Assembly: GCA_950097015.1 (NCBI GenBank)
Contig: CATNEN010000007.1
Coordinates: 11,532,001 to 11,596,000 of the forward strand
DNA length: 64,000 bases
DNA from: Macrostomum hystrix
Lineage: Eukaryota; Animalia; Platyhelminthes
Direction: 5' to 3'
The position numbers and the translations under genes are program-made. Within the stretch, counting starts at the first letter, position 1. Each line of letters begins with the position of its first letter. This document shows, piece after piece, positions 1 through 12,756 of the stretch. The notes below the pieces were generated by a model, which ran no database searches, was not told where the DNA came from, and was given only the letters and a program-made list of their open reading frames with translations.

Positions 1-96
1 TCTGACCAGGTGTTCCATGATCATGTCTGACCAGGTGTTCCATGATCACGTCTGACCAGGTGTTCCATGATCATGTCTGACCAGGTGTTCCATGAT
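1..96. repeat. 25-bp tandem repeat (TCTGACCAGGTGTTCCATGATCATG), about 4 copies, probably continuing left of the window
   Basis: Unit read directly at 1, 26, 51 and 76. Confidence 0.95.
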
Positions 97-246
97 TAAA
101 TGATGCGGCAAAAACGGAAAAAAATGAAACGATGCAAGAAAAGCGAAAACTAATAAACTGAACTTAAACCACTTAAAAGTGGTGAAACACATGGTGAAAA
201 TGGGACTCTGTGGGAAAGGCAGCCAGCACCTGGGCCGCAAAGGCTG

Positions 247-477
247 TTAGTGGCGCTTTGGCCTGCCACACGAGCAGCTGATGGGCGCGCCAGCGGCGTA
301 GGCCTTGTTAGCCTTGTCGTCTAGCCAGGGTAGAGTTTTCCCAACCGAAGTCTGCGTCACCACCGGTTCCAGCGGCTGCCCCGGCCAGGGTGAAAGCTTT
401 TCGCCTTCGGGGGAGGCCGCGGGAGCAGCTTTAGAGGCGCCATAGGCAGCTGACCTATCACCGCTGCCTGGAGCTTT
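247..477 (-). CDS. Predicted last coding exon of the peroxiredoxin (76-aa C-terminal extension KAPGSGDRS...PISCSCGRPKRH*)
   Basis: Acceptor tattaacAG at 479-478 (phase 0), then a 231-nt stop-free frame ending in TAA at 249-247. Joining it to the phase-0 donor CAG|GTGGGC at 1072 gives SKEYFQ|KA, matching the conserved Prx EYFxK terminus. Confidence 0.6.
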   Translation of the reverse strand, partial: KAPGSGDRSAAYGASKAAPAASPEGEKLSPWPGQPLEPVVTQTSVGKTLPWLDDKANKAYAAGAPISCSCGRPKRH

Positions 478-731
478 CTGTTAATAGTTGCGTTCGGCAG
501 GCCGGTTATAAATTCGCAAGTGCAGGTGAGCAGGTGAGCTGGGCGTGACTGAGTATTCAAGCAGACTGAGAACAAGGTCAGGAAATACTTGACGCCAACG
601 ATTGACTCGGTTGCCAGAAATGAACATGTCTCAGTTGTAATTAGCAATACAAGACAGCACGAGTGCTCATTGAAGCTCCCAGATCTCAATGCCCGCTTTT
701 TACCATCTACCTGCTTTCCGTCCTAAACTTT

Positions 732-850
732 CCCATCACCTTCCCTCACTATCTTCCCATCACCTTCCCTCTCTATCTTCCAATCACCTTCCCTCCCTAT
801 CTTCCCATCACCTTCCCTCTCTATCTTCCCATCACCTTCCCTCTCTATCT
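732..850. repeat. 24-bp pyrimidine-rich minisatellite (CCCATCACCTTCCCTCTCTATCTT), about 5 copies, followed by CT-rich low complexity to about 1010; lies in the predicted Prx intron
   Basis: Direct repeats visible. They explain the spurious ORFs 663-1058 and 689-1036. Confidence 0.9.
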
Positions 851-1072
851 TCTCTTCCCTCTTTCTCTATCTTCCCTTCGCCTTCCCTCTATCTTTCAAT
901 ATACCTCTCCTCCCTCCTCTCCTCCATATCGTCATCTTCCCTCCCCCTCTCTCTTTCCTTCACATTTTCTTTACTTTACTTCCTTTCTTTTCCAACCTCG
1001 ATTCCCTGCGTTCTCATTGTTCCCAAAAGCAGCTGAAGTATCTCAGTTGCCCCCGTAATCCCGGGCGCCCAC

Positions 1073-1672
1073 CTGGAAGTACTCCTTGCTCAGACTGGGG
1101 TCCGGCTTCATGGTGCGTTCGCCGGGCCGCCAGCCGGCGGGGCAGACCACACCGTGCTTGTCGGCGTGTTGGAAGGCCTGCACGAGGCGCAGCGTCTCGT
1201 CGACTGAGCGGCCCACCGGCAGGTCGTTTAGCGTCACCTGGCGAAGCAGGCCGCGGTCGCTGATGATGAAGAGGCCGCGGTAGGCGATGCCCTCGTCTGC
1301 CTTGAGCACCCCGTAGGCGCGGCTGAGAGCCTGGTTGCGGTCAGCCAGCAGCGGCATGTTGACGCGGCCCAGGCCGCCCTCCTGCCTTGGCATGTTGGTC
1401 CAGGCCAGGTGCACAAAGTGCGAGTCGGTGCTGCAGGCCAGCAACTCGCAGTTGACCCGGCGGAATTCGTCGACTCGGTCGGAGAAAGCTACGATCTCCG
1501 TCGGGCAAACGAATGTGAAGTCGGCCGGATAGAAGAACAGCACCACATACTTGCCCGAGTAGTCGCTAAGGCGAACGTCAGCGAAACTCTGGTCGGGCAT
1601 CAGGGCCTTACAGGTGAAGCCCGGGGCAGCGGAACCCGGCTGCAGCGGTGACGGCTGCGGCTGCTCCCCACC
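1073..1672 (-). CDS. PRDX: Typical 2-Cys peroxiredoxin (Prx1/AhpC subfamily), main coding exon
   Basis: [13 protein letters not shown] peroxidatic motif, [25 protein letters not shown], resolving HGVVCPAGW and EYF. Acceptor cattgcAG at 1674-1673; exon is 600 nt. If the donor at 1072 is not used, the ORF ends at 1043. Confidence 0.95.
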
Positions 1673-2654
1673 CTGCAATGTAAAAGCGAATGTACTTTAA
1701 GAATCACGGCACCTTACAATAATAAACAGTACAGTAAGCTTATCAATGCCTGGCGGTTAGTAGAAAGAAATCATTGGATGCCAGGAGGCACAAATGCTAT
1801 TGCTCAACTTCGCTGCAAAATCACACCACGGGTTCGCATAAACTGATCAAAAAGTGCAGGCCCTTTTTATCAAACTAGGCCATTTGATAAGAACACAGTA
1901 TTTCGCTGGGCGGAGCAGTCAAAGCAGCCGTGTGTCTTATTTTTTGGTAAGCTAATTGGAGAAACGAATGAAACGCTGATTGTTTACCAGTCTTTCGCTG
2001 CAGACAGGTTAAGCAGTTACGCGCAAATTGGACTTGGAATCTGATGTTTTAAGAATGCCAACCCGTCGTGTCAGTCTGAGAACAAAGCAAAGCAGACGCT
2101 AGCATCGTCGGTACGATAACAATGGTTAGTAAAAAGCCAATAATGGCATATTGAGCGATTGCTCAGAATCAAGTTAGTGGCGCATTAATCATGCCGTCAG
2201 TGAGCGCAGAGGCATCGAAGCGAGACCAGAGCTCCAGTGAAGGCTAGCGCGAGAAGGCATGCGAGTCACGCGCAAAAAAAAACTCAATAGAATAGACAGA
2301 ATTGACCAGAAAAAATGAAAAATTAGCAGCAGCAACAGCAGTAGCAGCTGAGTGGCTGGGAGAGACTGGAAATTAGATTGGGCCAGCGACAGTTCTTCCG
2401 CTTCGGACAACTCGCCTGGCTACAGCAGGAGGGCTGGCCGGCACAGACAGGCAAGGAGAGATTGCGAGAGAGCGAAAGCGGTCTAAGCGAGTGAGCACTG
2501 GCCTGCTAGCCTGGAGAACTGGGAGGGTGAGAGCGGAGAACGAACACAAGAGCTCGCCGCCCTGAGGGCCAGCAGAATCAGCAGCTGGGCCTCCTCGTCT
2601 TCAAAAAAGGCAATTCTCCTTGCCTTTATCTCTACTTCCTCTTGCATTACTTAC

Positions 2655-2768
2655 GACAAGCGGCTCAGCAAATTTGCCAACTTTAGGGCAGGGGTCCACC
2701 TGCTGCTGCTGCTCTTCCTCGGCAGCCGGCGGCAGGGGGCGCTTTCGGGACGATTCACCTCGGGGCAT
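2655..2768 (-). CDS. Candidate first coding exon of the peroxiredoxin (MPRGESSRKRPLPPAAEEEQQQQVDPCPKVGKFAEPLV)
   Basis: ATG at 2768, 38 codons, consensus donor GTC|GTAAGT at 2654 in phase 0, compatible with the phase-0 acceptor at 1673. The linkage is inferred. Confidence 0.35.
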
Positions 2769-5700
2769 GCTGGCTGGCGCGGAGTAAAAAAATCAAAGAG
2801 ACGCTTATAACCAACCCGAGCTGGAATTTAGGGAGCAAAGTGTCGGCAGAGATTGGGAAATCGGCAACAGACTTTATAAGTCTAGTCTTACAGTGACTAA
2901 GACTACACCTGTGATAATGTGATCAGGGTACTCAGGGATCTGCGAAGTCAGCTGCTATCCTAGGCTAACCAGAATCTATCTCGGTGAAGGTACTATGGGG
3001 TTATAATTCTGTATGAGGTACTATTCTGTTATTCCTGTTATACAGCTTCGTTGCAGATGCAATCGTGCAGCGAGTAACTGCAGCTAGATCAGGCGGTGCA
3101 AATAAAAATTGCTAATTAGATTAGGGAGCAATTTCATTGATATGAATTTCCTGCTATTCTACCACCTCCTGACTCCAACAATCCAATCCCATCGCATCCC
3201 AAGTAAACAATTCCAAGCGCAGGTTAAGCAGGGCAGTGACAGCAAGCACGCACTTTTCAGTGGTAGACGAAATGATTGCCAATGTGAATCCGTAGGCAAT
3301 AAACAAGCGGAACAACAAACTTTTACGCTGTAATTTCCAAGTTGTTCTGATTATATTTATAAAGGTACATTTATATAAAAGGGAATAATAAAATCCTTAA
3401 AGAAAAATTCGGTACTTTGGCTGCGCTGCAAATGCAAATCTGATAGTGCCAGAGTGTTAAGGAGTTTCCGTGCGCTGCGAGAAGACCAATATAGATTCGC
3501 TGAATCTACGAGTATAAGCATTTTTGCCGACATCAAGCGGAACCGAAGTTGCTATGAAAACGCAGCAAGAAACCATAAATGAAATTCAATCGCAGATCCC
3601 CCAAGGATATAATGGCGCAGAGTCATAAATGCGATGGCATGGCTGAGAATGCGAGGAACAGAGAGGCCAGATGACATTGCATAAGCGGCTGTTATCCCCA
3701 GCACCGCAGTTACAGTGCAGACTCTCAACAGTCTTTCTAATTTCAGCGACAGCAAGTGACAACGGTTTAGCTAATGCGACAGGTGACACAGATTACTTAA
3801 ACTGAAATCAGTTCGAACGATGCCCAGGGTATTAATAAGCTTTGTTAAGCCCAGCGTTCAGTGGATGGAAGGCGCAGTAGTGATAACAGTCCGAGAAGCA
3901 GCTGCGCTGTCCACCAAAATAATATATCAAATGCTACTTTAAGTTTGAAAGTATGGAAATGGAAAGTTCATCCCTTGGGGAGGACATCGTTAAGTTCTCT
4001 TTTTCACCATAGGAAATCACATCCCGCTGCACTTTTTCTCCATCCTCTCGCATGCTTCACTACGCACATATACTTGCGAGCGCCACCGATGCAGGCATAG
4101 ATGAATCGGCAGATAAAAAGGATTTCATAGGGCAGCGGTCACAGTGACCAGCAAATTTAACGAACAAGCGCAATAATCTATTTTTGTCCCAATGGCTCGC
4201 AACAATGGCTTAAATTTGATAGAGCACTATACGCCTGACACAATCAAGAACTTGCCGCAATTACAAGATAGAGCTCACGCGCGCCAGCCGCTAGACACAA
4301 TCGGGAAGTAGAAGATATCAGGATTTTCAAGTCGATAATTAAGCCACCGAGTTGCCTTAAATTAATAACTATTTCTGTGTCAGAAAAGGCTGTAAATCCA
4401 GCTTAATTTTGGCTGTCACACTGAGATACCCGCAAGGCTAAAATCCAAGCCTTAGCCTTAAGCCAAATCCCCAAGTACGGGATCCAGCACTGCTTAGTAG
4501 AGCAAATAATTGCTTAGCGAGAAAATAATCTTGAGCCATGGAAAACATCCAACGAGAGACAGACAAAATACTCCGTGGCAGACAGGACAACCAAAGCTGA
4601 ACCATGCAGCAGTCAAATAGGAAGTTGTAGGCAGAACGCATTTTCAATCAGTGACGGACTGCTGGGGTCTGGCCCAACCATCTCGGTACCGGACACAGCT
4701 GGTCACTTGAGCAGCAAAGAGGGGCCGGCGGAGCGGGCTGACAATAGAAGTCTCGAATGGGCAAGCAGGGATGCAATTTCGCCGGCTGAGGCGGGGAAGC
4801 TTCAGGAATGAACAAAGAGAAGCTTCTGAGAGGGTAGAGGTGCGTGGCGCTAGCTAGAACTGACTTGTGCGGCTCAAATGATCCCTTGAGTGAGACAAAC
4901 CCTCGTTTTGTGAAAAATTGCCTCTCAGGCAATCGAACAGTAATCGAACAGAACAATTCGAACAGTAGGAAAGGCATGGCGAGTCCATGGCAACATGCAA
5001 GTTTTTATACAAAAAAGTATTGCACCTAAAATGAGCTGGGAGCGGTTATAGCATCTGCTTAGGTGCGCTCGCGTGCGAATTAAAAACTACTCTCCACTGT
5101 AGAATTTATCAGAGAAAATTTCTAAAAAGCGTCTGGTTACTAAGCTCGTTAAGAAGAGAACAACTAATTACATAGAGCGAAATCTTCAGGAGACAATAAA
5201 CTTAGCAAATTAAATAATTTCAACAAACGTGTTTAAGTTTATATTCTTACAAGGTACAGAAATAATAATGGGAAAGGAAATATCCAAGACCTCGAACACA
5301 CCCAGGAAGGACCGAATACCCGAGGGTGACAGTGGAGCAGGACAAAGCAATCAGAGCTGATCAGGCTCTTAGATAAATACAACTTACCTATAGAATCGAA
5401 TGGGTGACTCAAGAGTGCACGTGAGAAGCAGAGACGGGAACGGAACAGATTCGCGCTTTTTGGAGATCTGATGCGGACGGCTTGCTCAGGGGAGATGCTC
5501 AGGGGTTTTCCTTTGCTTTTCATCTTGATCTTGTTCAACGACTGAGGAAATGGACTCGGACAGGAGGGGCCGCAGTGAATGCCTTCTTGGCACAACAGCA
5601 ATTCCCCTCTGCTACTAAAGGATTACTTTCGGATTCAGGGGGGAGGGGCAGACGCTGCGGACGTGGAGAGAACGAGCGCAGAAGCAGACTATTTGACAGC

Positions 5701-6368
5701 AAGCCGAAAAGAAATGTCACACGAGCCCCTCTTAATCTATCCCGGCTCAAGAATCATCAGCGCCACGCAGCTCCAGAGTGTTTTATGACCACAGTTAATG
5801 TACATAGGATTTCTTGATATCGACTAAATACCTGTTCACAGCAGATTAACCTCGCATGTCTGACCCGAGAGAAACGAGAGGCAGTTGGGCGTAAAAAAAC
5901 AGGAGGAAATAGTTCCAGATGGCAAGATGAAAGCAAAAGATGAGACTTTAACGAGGCAGCTGTAAAACAGAGCCCAAGCGAAGCAAGAGGAGCTAAATAT
6001 AAATGTTTATTTATAACTTTCATAGCTAGTACCCGATGAAGCTCGAGCACAAGCTCGATGAGGGCCTGAAAATGAAAAGGCTTTAATACGCTCGTACTAT
6101 TACGACGTATGTAGCGCGGGTCGAAACTAAAGATGCTTCTTTAGCATCTGTAAAGATTACCAAGACTCTTGACAGTCTGAACAAGAGAGCTCTGGAAAAT
6201 ATTGATCTTAGCTACACAAGAAGCGCTTTTTTCACGACGTTGGGACTCTGTATAAAAATACCATCCTGAATCTGATGGATGACGACAGTCCGAGTGAAGC
6301 ACTCAGGCAGCTCTGCGTTACGCTCGTAGAATAGCAGAGCTATAAATAGCGCAGCAGAATAGTTATAA

Positions 6369-7064
6369 TCAATAGCACTGCATTACTCGTACAGACAACG
6401 CGGCATCAAGAAGACAATGCGCCACGCGGCACGCGGTATCTGCTGGATAGATAGAGCCATAAAGCCCACATTCAGATTGGAAAAGCAGTGGCCTGACCTG
6501 CAGCAGAGCCAGAAGGCTCGCCAATCGGTCCCAGTGCGGCATCAACTGGGCGCAGGCGGCCAGGCAGTCCATAAGCGTCGGCTGAGGCGAAATCGCAGGC
6601 AGCTTCTCCGAGGGCGGTGGCGGTGGTGGCGATGCGATTCTTAGATGGTGACATTCAACACCATCGTTGCAGCTGTCATCAGCCGCATCAACATCCGGTC
6701 CCGTCTTAAAGCCCGCCGCGGCCTCAGTGACGTCAGCGACTTCTTTATCCTCGTCATCATCTTCGTCCGCTTCGCCAGCACAAAGTCGGCGACGCTGGAC
6801 GGGACAGGCACTTGCCACCGGACAGGGGATGACGAATGAGCAGTCGGGACGTTCAAGAAGGCTCACTGGGTGCAAGTGCCCAGCGGCGGGCTGCTGCTGG
6901 CGCTTATGATGCTGGTGCTGGTGCTGATGAGCAGGCGGCGAATGCACAGCCGGAGAGAAGGTAACGTGGCGAGCTCGCTCGGCGCTGGAATCGCGAGAAC
7001 AGGCGGCGGCGCCAGCTGAAGTGTCGAAAAACTCTGAAGATTCGAGCGGAAGCGGAGAACTCAT
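6369..7064 (-). CDS. Exon(s) of an unidentified protein with His/Gln-rich, acidic and Pro-rich low-complexity tracts followed by a helical segment
   Basis: GC-rich open frame from MSSPLPLES with HQHQHQHH, EDDDEDKE and PPPPPP. Donor-like CAG|GTCAGG at 6497. No family recognised. Confidence 0.45.
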   Translation of the reverse strand: MSSPLPLESSEFFDTSAGAAACSRDSSAERARHVTFSPAVHSPPAHQHQHQHHKRQQQPAAGHLHPVSLLERPDCSFVIPCPVASACPVQRRRLCAGEADEDDDEDKEVADVTEAAAGFKTGPDVDAADDSCNDGVECHHLRIASPPPPPPSEKLPAISPQPTLMDCLAACAQLMPHWDRLASLLALLQVRPLLFQSECGLYGSIYPADTACRVAHCLLDAALSVRVMQCY

Positions 7065-8504
7065 GATGATAGCTACAGCTGGTAGACGCAGGTGGCCAAG
7101 CCAAGCCAAGTTCAAAGAAGTCACGAGTGGGAGCAGCAGTAGCAGAAACTCGGTAGGTCTGCAGTTTGCGACTGGATCCGGCAGGGACAAACAGTTACCA
7201 GAATCGACCGGGTTGATTAAAAGCGAGGAGGGAAGGAAAAAATCCACCGACCGCTGCGAGGGAGCAGGAAATGGGGAGGCACTGGGCCGGAGCTGGCACG
7301 GCCACCAATGGGAAGAGACGACGAGGATCGAGGGCAGGGAATAAGGAAGAAGTGCCGGAGTGCAGGGACTTAGCAGCAGGAGTGCCTCAGAATGCCCCAC
7401 TGGGATCAGCCGGATAGGACAAGAAGTCGAGAGGCAGAATACGGACTGGCGGGGACAGAGAAGGCATCGATCAAGCTCTGCAAGATGGGGTTGGGCTATT
7501 CGCAACACATCCCCAATCGAGCCCGTGTGCGCCCCTCAGTCAGTGTGCTCCCGAATCCCGAGCCACTTCAAAGCGGTAATGACAGTCTCAAACAAGGACC
7601 GGCACAGCTCCTACCTGCATCTGGGAGAAAAGCAAGAAATGCAGACGTGGAAAAGCTGGCATCTGGCGTGGCTGATAAATAGGTGATGAACTCGCGAGCT
7701 GCATGGACTCAATGCTCATTGCTCATATTGCCTGTCACTACACCACTCTGCCCCTCACTGTGAAAGATGATCACAAGGGCCACTCAATCAGCCGAAGCAG
7801 TGCTCCTTATTCCACCTTTTGTGAGGACACCAAAGAGCAGCTCAGAGCAAATTTTAGAGAGATGATGAGACATCGAATTACACTAATTTTTACAGAAGAA
7901 TCGAACTGGCATAGTGGCATAGCTGAATACATTTTTTACAGCTATGAGAATTGCACATGCAAAGATAGACTAACAAGCAGATGTAAAGGCCAATAATTTT
8001 TATTCATAATTGATTCCAGACAATAAAAAGCCTGTAATAAATTATTAATGTGACAGTACAAAAATGCACCTACATACCAAAAATGATAAGTACATACAAA
8101 ATATTTATACAAATAAAAATGCTAGTTAAATAGTTAAAAAGTATGCCAATGTAAATAAGATAAATTATAGCAAAACACTAACTTTGTACTTAGGGCTAAG
8201 CTATTCTTGACTTGACAAGACAAAAAGTAGGCTTGTATTGTTAGACAAATCACGAACAAAACTGTTTTTATTCAACATTGGGCCTATACACAATACAGAC
8301 TTTAAATTCAATAAACAATAGTATTTCCATTTTTTTATTAAAAATGTAAATGTAACGCATAGCAATTTAGCAAAATATATCACCAATGTTTGATTATCTT
8401 TACTTAATTGCTCTTTACGAGCCTTTTAAAAATACTATAAAAACTTATTTAGTTTCAAAGCTAGAGAGAAGTGATTTAAACTATATGTACTTAAGAGAGT
8501 ACTT

Positions 8505-8634
8505 AGGGGCATAGCAGAAGGGTAAGTGTTTAATGCATTTGCCTCTCACACCAAGGTCCCTAAGCTCAATTCTGCAGCCTCCAAATTATTGCAATTGCCC
8601 ACAGCCCTGCTGTAAATATTATTATCATTATTAA
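8505..8634 (+). mobile_element. Degenerate, internally deleted copy of the tRNA-derived SINE family (head fused to tail)
   Basis: TTTGCCTCTCACACCAAGGTCCCT matches the head of the 52390 copy. CAAATT..ATTGCCCACAGCCCT..AAATATTATT matches the tail of the 50868 copy. Confidence 0.6.
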
Positions 8635-8888
8635 TAGGAGCACGATAGCCCTAATGCTTTATCCATTGTGTACACCACAAATTAGATAATAGGTAGATAA
8701 AAAAATTTTCTCTCTTAAAAAATACCATGTTCACCTGCACAGTATAACATTAAAATACATACATGTACAACATTGACCATAGGCACTAGCTATACATGTA
8801 CCTAAGCTGTCAATCAATCAGGGGGTCAGTGGCAGAGAGGTCTTAAAACATTTGTCTCTTGCACCAAGGCCATATAAAAAAGACATTT

Positions 8889-11800
8889 TGTGGTAGCGTG
8901 GGTCTGCTCAGTTGATCCGCTCAGTGTAATGTACAGTGCAGGTGTTACAGTGTTACACCTGCAGGTTACAGGTGTACACCTGCACGCGCGCGTGTGATTG
9001 GCTGACGCTTTGTCAGACAACCTTTATTGTTGGCCAGCTATGATAAATACAAGCTCTCTGCCTTTGGGGTGGGGTCTTTCCCCCGAAGTGGAGTTTTCAC
9101 AGTGGCGATGAGACTGAAACGATCCTGCGCAAATGAGTAGTGCAAGTGCACTAGGGCTTTTCGGCCCATACGAAGAAGGCTCTGAGCCGTGGCATTTGTA
9201 CCAAGCAAGGTTAGAACAATATTTTGTTGCCAATGACGTCACTGAGGAAGCGAAAAAGCGAGCGATTCTGCTGAGTTCATACGGCAAGAAAATCTTCCAT
9301 CTGGCCTTCAGTCTTCTGTCTCCTGCACAGCCATCAGCCAAGAGCTACACCGAAATTTGCGAAGCACTGAAGAGCCATTTCGAGCCTGAGGAGTCCGAGA
9401 TCGTCCATCGTTACCGGTTCTGCACCAGAAATCGCAGGGAAGGTGAGGGCGTCGCTGACTTCGTCGCAGACCTCCGAGACCTGGCTCGCGACTGCAAGTT
9501 CGGCGACAGCCTGACTTCAATGCTTCGCGACAGGCTGGTGCTGGGAATCAACAACGACAGCGCACAGCGGCGGCTGCTGGCGGAGCCCGATCTCACTCTA
9601 GCGAAGGCATTGAAGCTGGCCCTGGCCCACAAGTCCGCCACCAAGGGCTGCCAGCTGGTGTCGGGAGCGAGTAAGCCAGATCCAGTCAGTCAAGAGTCCG
9701 TCAGCATTGTCAAGCAACATAAGAAGTCCTCTTCGACAAGGAGGTGCTTCAGGTGCCTGTCAACGAAGCATCTCGCTAATAAGTGCCCGTTCGCCACCCA
9801 GAAGTGCCACAAGTACTCAAAGACCGGCCACACTGCGGCTGCCTGCAAATCCCAGTCGAAGGAGGATATAAGAGAGGCTCTGCAGATGCAGGACAGCGAG
9901 GAAAAAGACAGCTGCGAGGAGGAAACGGCCCACTCTCTGTACCAGCTGTCCGGCAAGCGGGTGTCGAAGGTGCCGCCAATTACTACGACGGTCCGCATCA
10001 ATGGCCGACCTGTTGTCATGGAAGTGGACACCGTAGCCTCCGTGTCCCTTGTATCCTCGAAGACCTACAGGACCGTGCTCAACTCCCAGCCAGCACTGCA
10101 GCCTGCGTCCATGCAGCTGCGAACATACTCCGGTGAGAAAGTGCCAATTGAAGGCTGCATCTGCGTTGCTGTGGAAGCTGCTGAAGCACCGCCCAAGCCA
10201 CTCAGCTTCCTTGTAATTGCCGGCTGCGGATCCGACCTGCTCGGAAGAGACTGGCTGTCCGAGTTGCGGCACGACTGGAGATCAATCAAGCAGTTGGCAG
10301 CTGCTCCTGAGGTGTCGCCCAGACTGCACCAGCTGCTCGACAAGTACAGCGATGTTTTTTCGCCTGAGCTAGGAAAGTACAACGGACCGCCAGTGGGTTT
10401 GAATATGAAACCCGATGCTCAACCTCGCTTTATGAAGGCCAGCAATCTCCCCTTTACTTTGAAGGACAAGGTGGAGAGCCAACTGAACCGCGAGATCGAA
10501 CAAGGAATCCTGCTGCCCGTACAGCACTCCGAGTACGCATCGCCGGTGGTGCCAGTGCTCAAGTCCGACGGCTCTGTGAGGATCTGCGCCGACTTCAAGC
10601 AGACCGTCAACCCGAACGTGGATCCCGACTCGTATCCTCTGCCGCGGATTGCAGAGCTGTTCGCGAAGCTGCCTGGTGGGCGGCACTTCACTAAGCTCGA
10701 CTTGTCGCAGGCGTACATGCAGCTGCCACTCGATGAGGCCTCCCAGGAAGTCTGCACGATCAATACGCACAAGGGGCTGCTTCGGTACACGCGGCTGCCT
10801 TTCGGTGGCTCGCCAGCGGTCTGAATTTTTAAGCGGCGGATGGACTGCTTGCTGCAAGGAATCACCAGCATCACCTGCTTCATCGATGACCTCATCATCA
10901 CCGGGAAGGACGACAGCAGTCATCTGAACTCCCTGGAGCAGGTTCTGGAGAAGCTGAGCCAGAGCGGCCTCCGGTGCAAGTGCCGTGCCAGTTCATGCAG
11001 ACGACCATCAGTTATCTCGGTCACCGCATCGATGCCGACGGCCTGCACCCGATCAAAGACAAGGTCGAGGCAATTGTCAGCGCTCCAGCTCCCAAGGACG
11101 CAACTCAGCTGCGCAGTTTCCTAGGCATGGTAAACTACTATGGTAAGTTCCTGCCTAAATTGTCTCAAGTCCTGGCACCGCTGCACCTGTTGCTGCGCGA
11201 GCAACACCGCTGGAACTGGTGCGCTGCTCAGAACGCCGCTTTCGAGAAGTGCAAGACACTGCTGTCCTCCGCTCCGGTATTGGCGAACTTTGACGCGAGC
11301 AAAGACCTGCTGCTCGAGTGCGACGCGTCCCCCTACGGTCTGGGCGCGGTCATCAGCCACAGGATCGATCGAGCTGTCCGGCCTGTGGCCTTGCCTCGCG
11401 TACGTTGCACGACGCTAAGAAAAACTACTCGCAGCTCGAGAAGGAAGCCCTCGCGGTAGTGTTTGCGGTCAAGAAGTTCAACGCGTACCTGTTCGGCCGC
11501 CCATTTCTGCTGGTGAGTGACCACAAACTTCTGCTTGGATTGCTTGCTGAGAACAAGGCCGTGCCGGCCCTGGCATCTGGAAGAATTCAGAGGTGGGCTC
11601 TGCTGCTGTCTGGCTATAACTACCACATGGTTCACCGAGCCCGAGCCTCACTGCTGTGCGCCGATGCCCTGAGTTGCCTGCCGCTGCCCGACAAGCCGGC
11701 GACGGTCCCGAAGCTGGCAGAGCTGGTCATGCTGATAGACCACCTGGACGATGGACCTGTCACTGCAGCTCAGATACGCAGCCTGACTCGAAGGGACCCT

Positions 11801-12756
11801 ACACTTGCCCGAGCTCTGCACTTCACGCAAATCGGCTGGCCAGAGCGGGTCAGTGACGATCTGCTGCTATACTCCAAGAGAGCGGCTGAGCTCAGTGCGC
11901 AAGACGGCTGTCTCCTGTGGGGCGCTCGAGTGGTGGTCCCGGTCGGAGCGCGAGCTGCACTGCTCCAGGTGCTGCATCAAGGTCATGCGGGGCGTCTCGC
12001 ATGAAGACGTTAGCCCGAGGTTATTTCTGGTGGCCAGGATTAGACTCGGAGATTGAAAACCTGGCCAAGGCCTGCTCTGACTGTCAGGAGTTGCAGAACG
12101 CCCCGGCGCCTTCGTCAATGTTGTCGTGGCCGTGGCCTGACCGACCGTGGTCTCGAGTGCATATCGACTATGCGGGTCCGGTGTCTTGCAAGATGCTGCT
12201 GGTTGTCGTCGATGCCCATTTAAAGTGGCTGGATGTTCTTGTGGTGTCGTCAGCGACCTCAGCTGTCTCCACCCAGAAACTCTGCTCCAGCTTCGCGACG
12301 CACGGGTTGCCAGATGTGCTGCTGGTCCCGGAGCGCCTGAGCTACGGGTGACGTCATCTGTGGAAGAGACTGTTTTGATTGACTGTAGTGTTCGTACGTT
12401 TAATTTTGGATTTTGAACTTTGTTATGGCTATGGGGTATTTTCTGTTTATGTCGAACGTTGCTTTCTATCTTGTGTTGCATAGTTTTGGTGCTGGTGAAC
12501 TATTATTTTTTTTTAAGTTATTTATTGAGTTATTGTTCCTCACTATAAAATTTGTTGCTCTAATGGAGCTCTTGCGATCCCTGATCCCCATGTAGATAAG
12601 GAGGGATGTGGTAGTGTGGGTCTGCTCAGTGTAATGTACAGTGCAGGTGTACACCTGCAGGCGCGCATGTGATTGGCTGACGCTTTGTCAGACAACCTTT
12701 ATTGTTGGCCAGCTATGCCTTTGGGGGGGTCTTACCCCCGAAGTGGAGTTTTCACA
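8889..12756 (+). mobile_element. Full-length but decayed Ty3/gypsy LTR retrotransposon (Mag/K02A2.6-like gag-pol)
   Basis: 5' LTR 8889-9101 and 3' LTR 12607-12756 (both TGT...ACA). TSD CATTT at 8884-8888 and 12757-12761. PBS TGGCGATGAG at 9103 and PPT AGATAAGGAGGGA before 12607. Gag has two zinc knuckles; protease, RT, RNase H and integrase remnants follow. Confidence 0.97.
9133..12351 (+). pseudogene. Disrupted gag-pol of the gypsy element
   Basis: CFRCLSTKHLANKC knuckle; second knuckle has C>Y; protease DTG is DTV. RT KLDLSQAY and FIDD. Stop at 10822-10824 and frameshifts near 10980, 11390 and 11990. RNase H ECDASPYGLGAV. Integrase HHCC and HIDYAGP, then an internal deletion joining LPDVLL to the C-terminal VPERLSYG. 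Confidence 0.93.
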
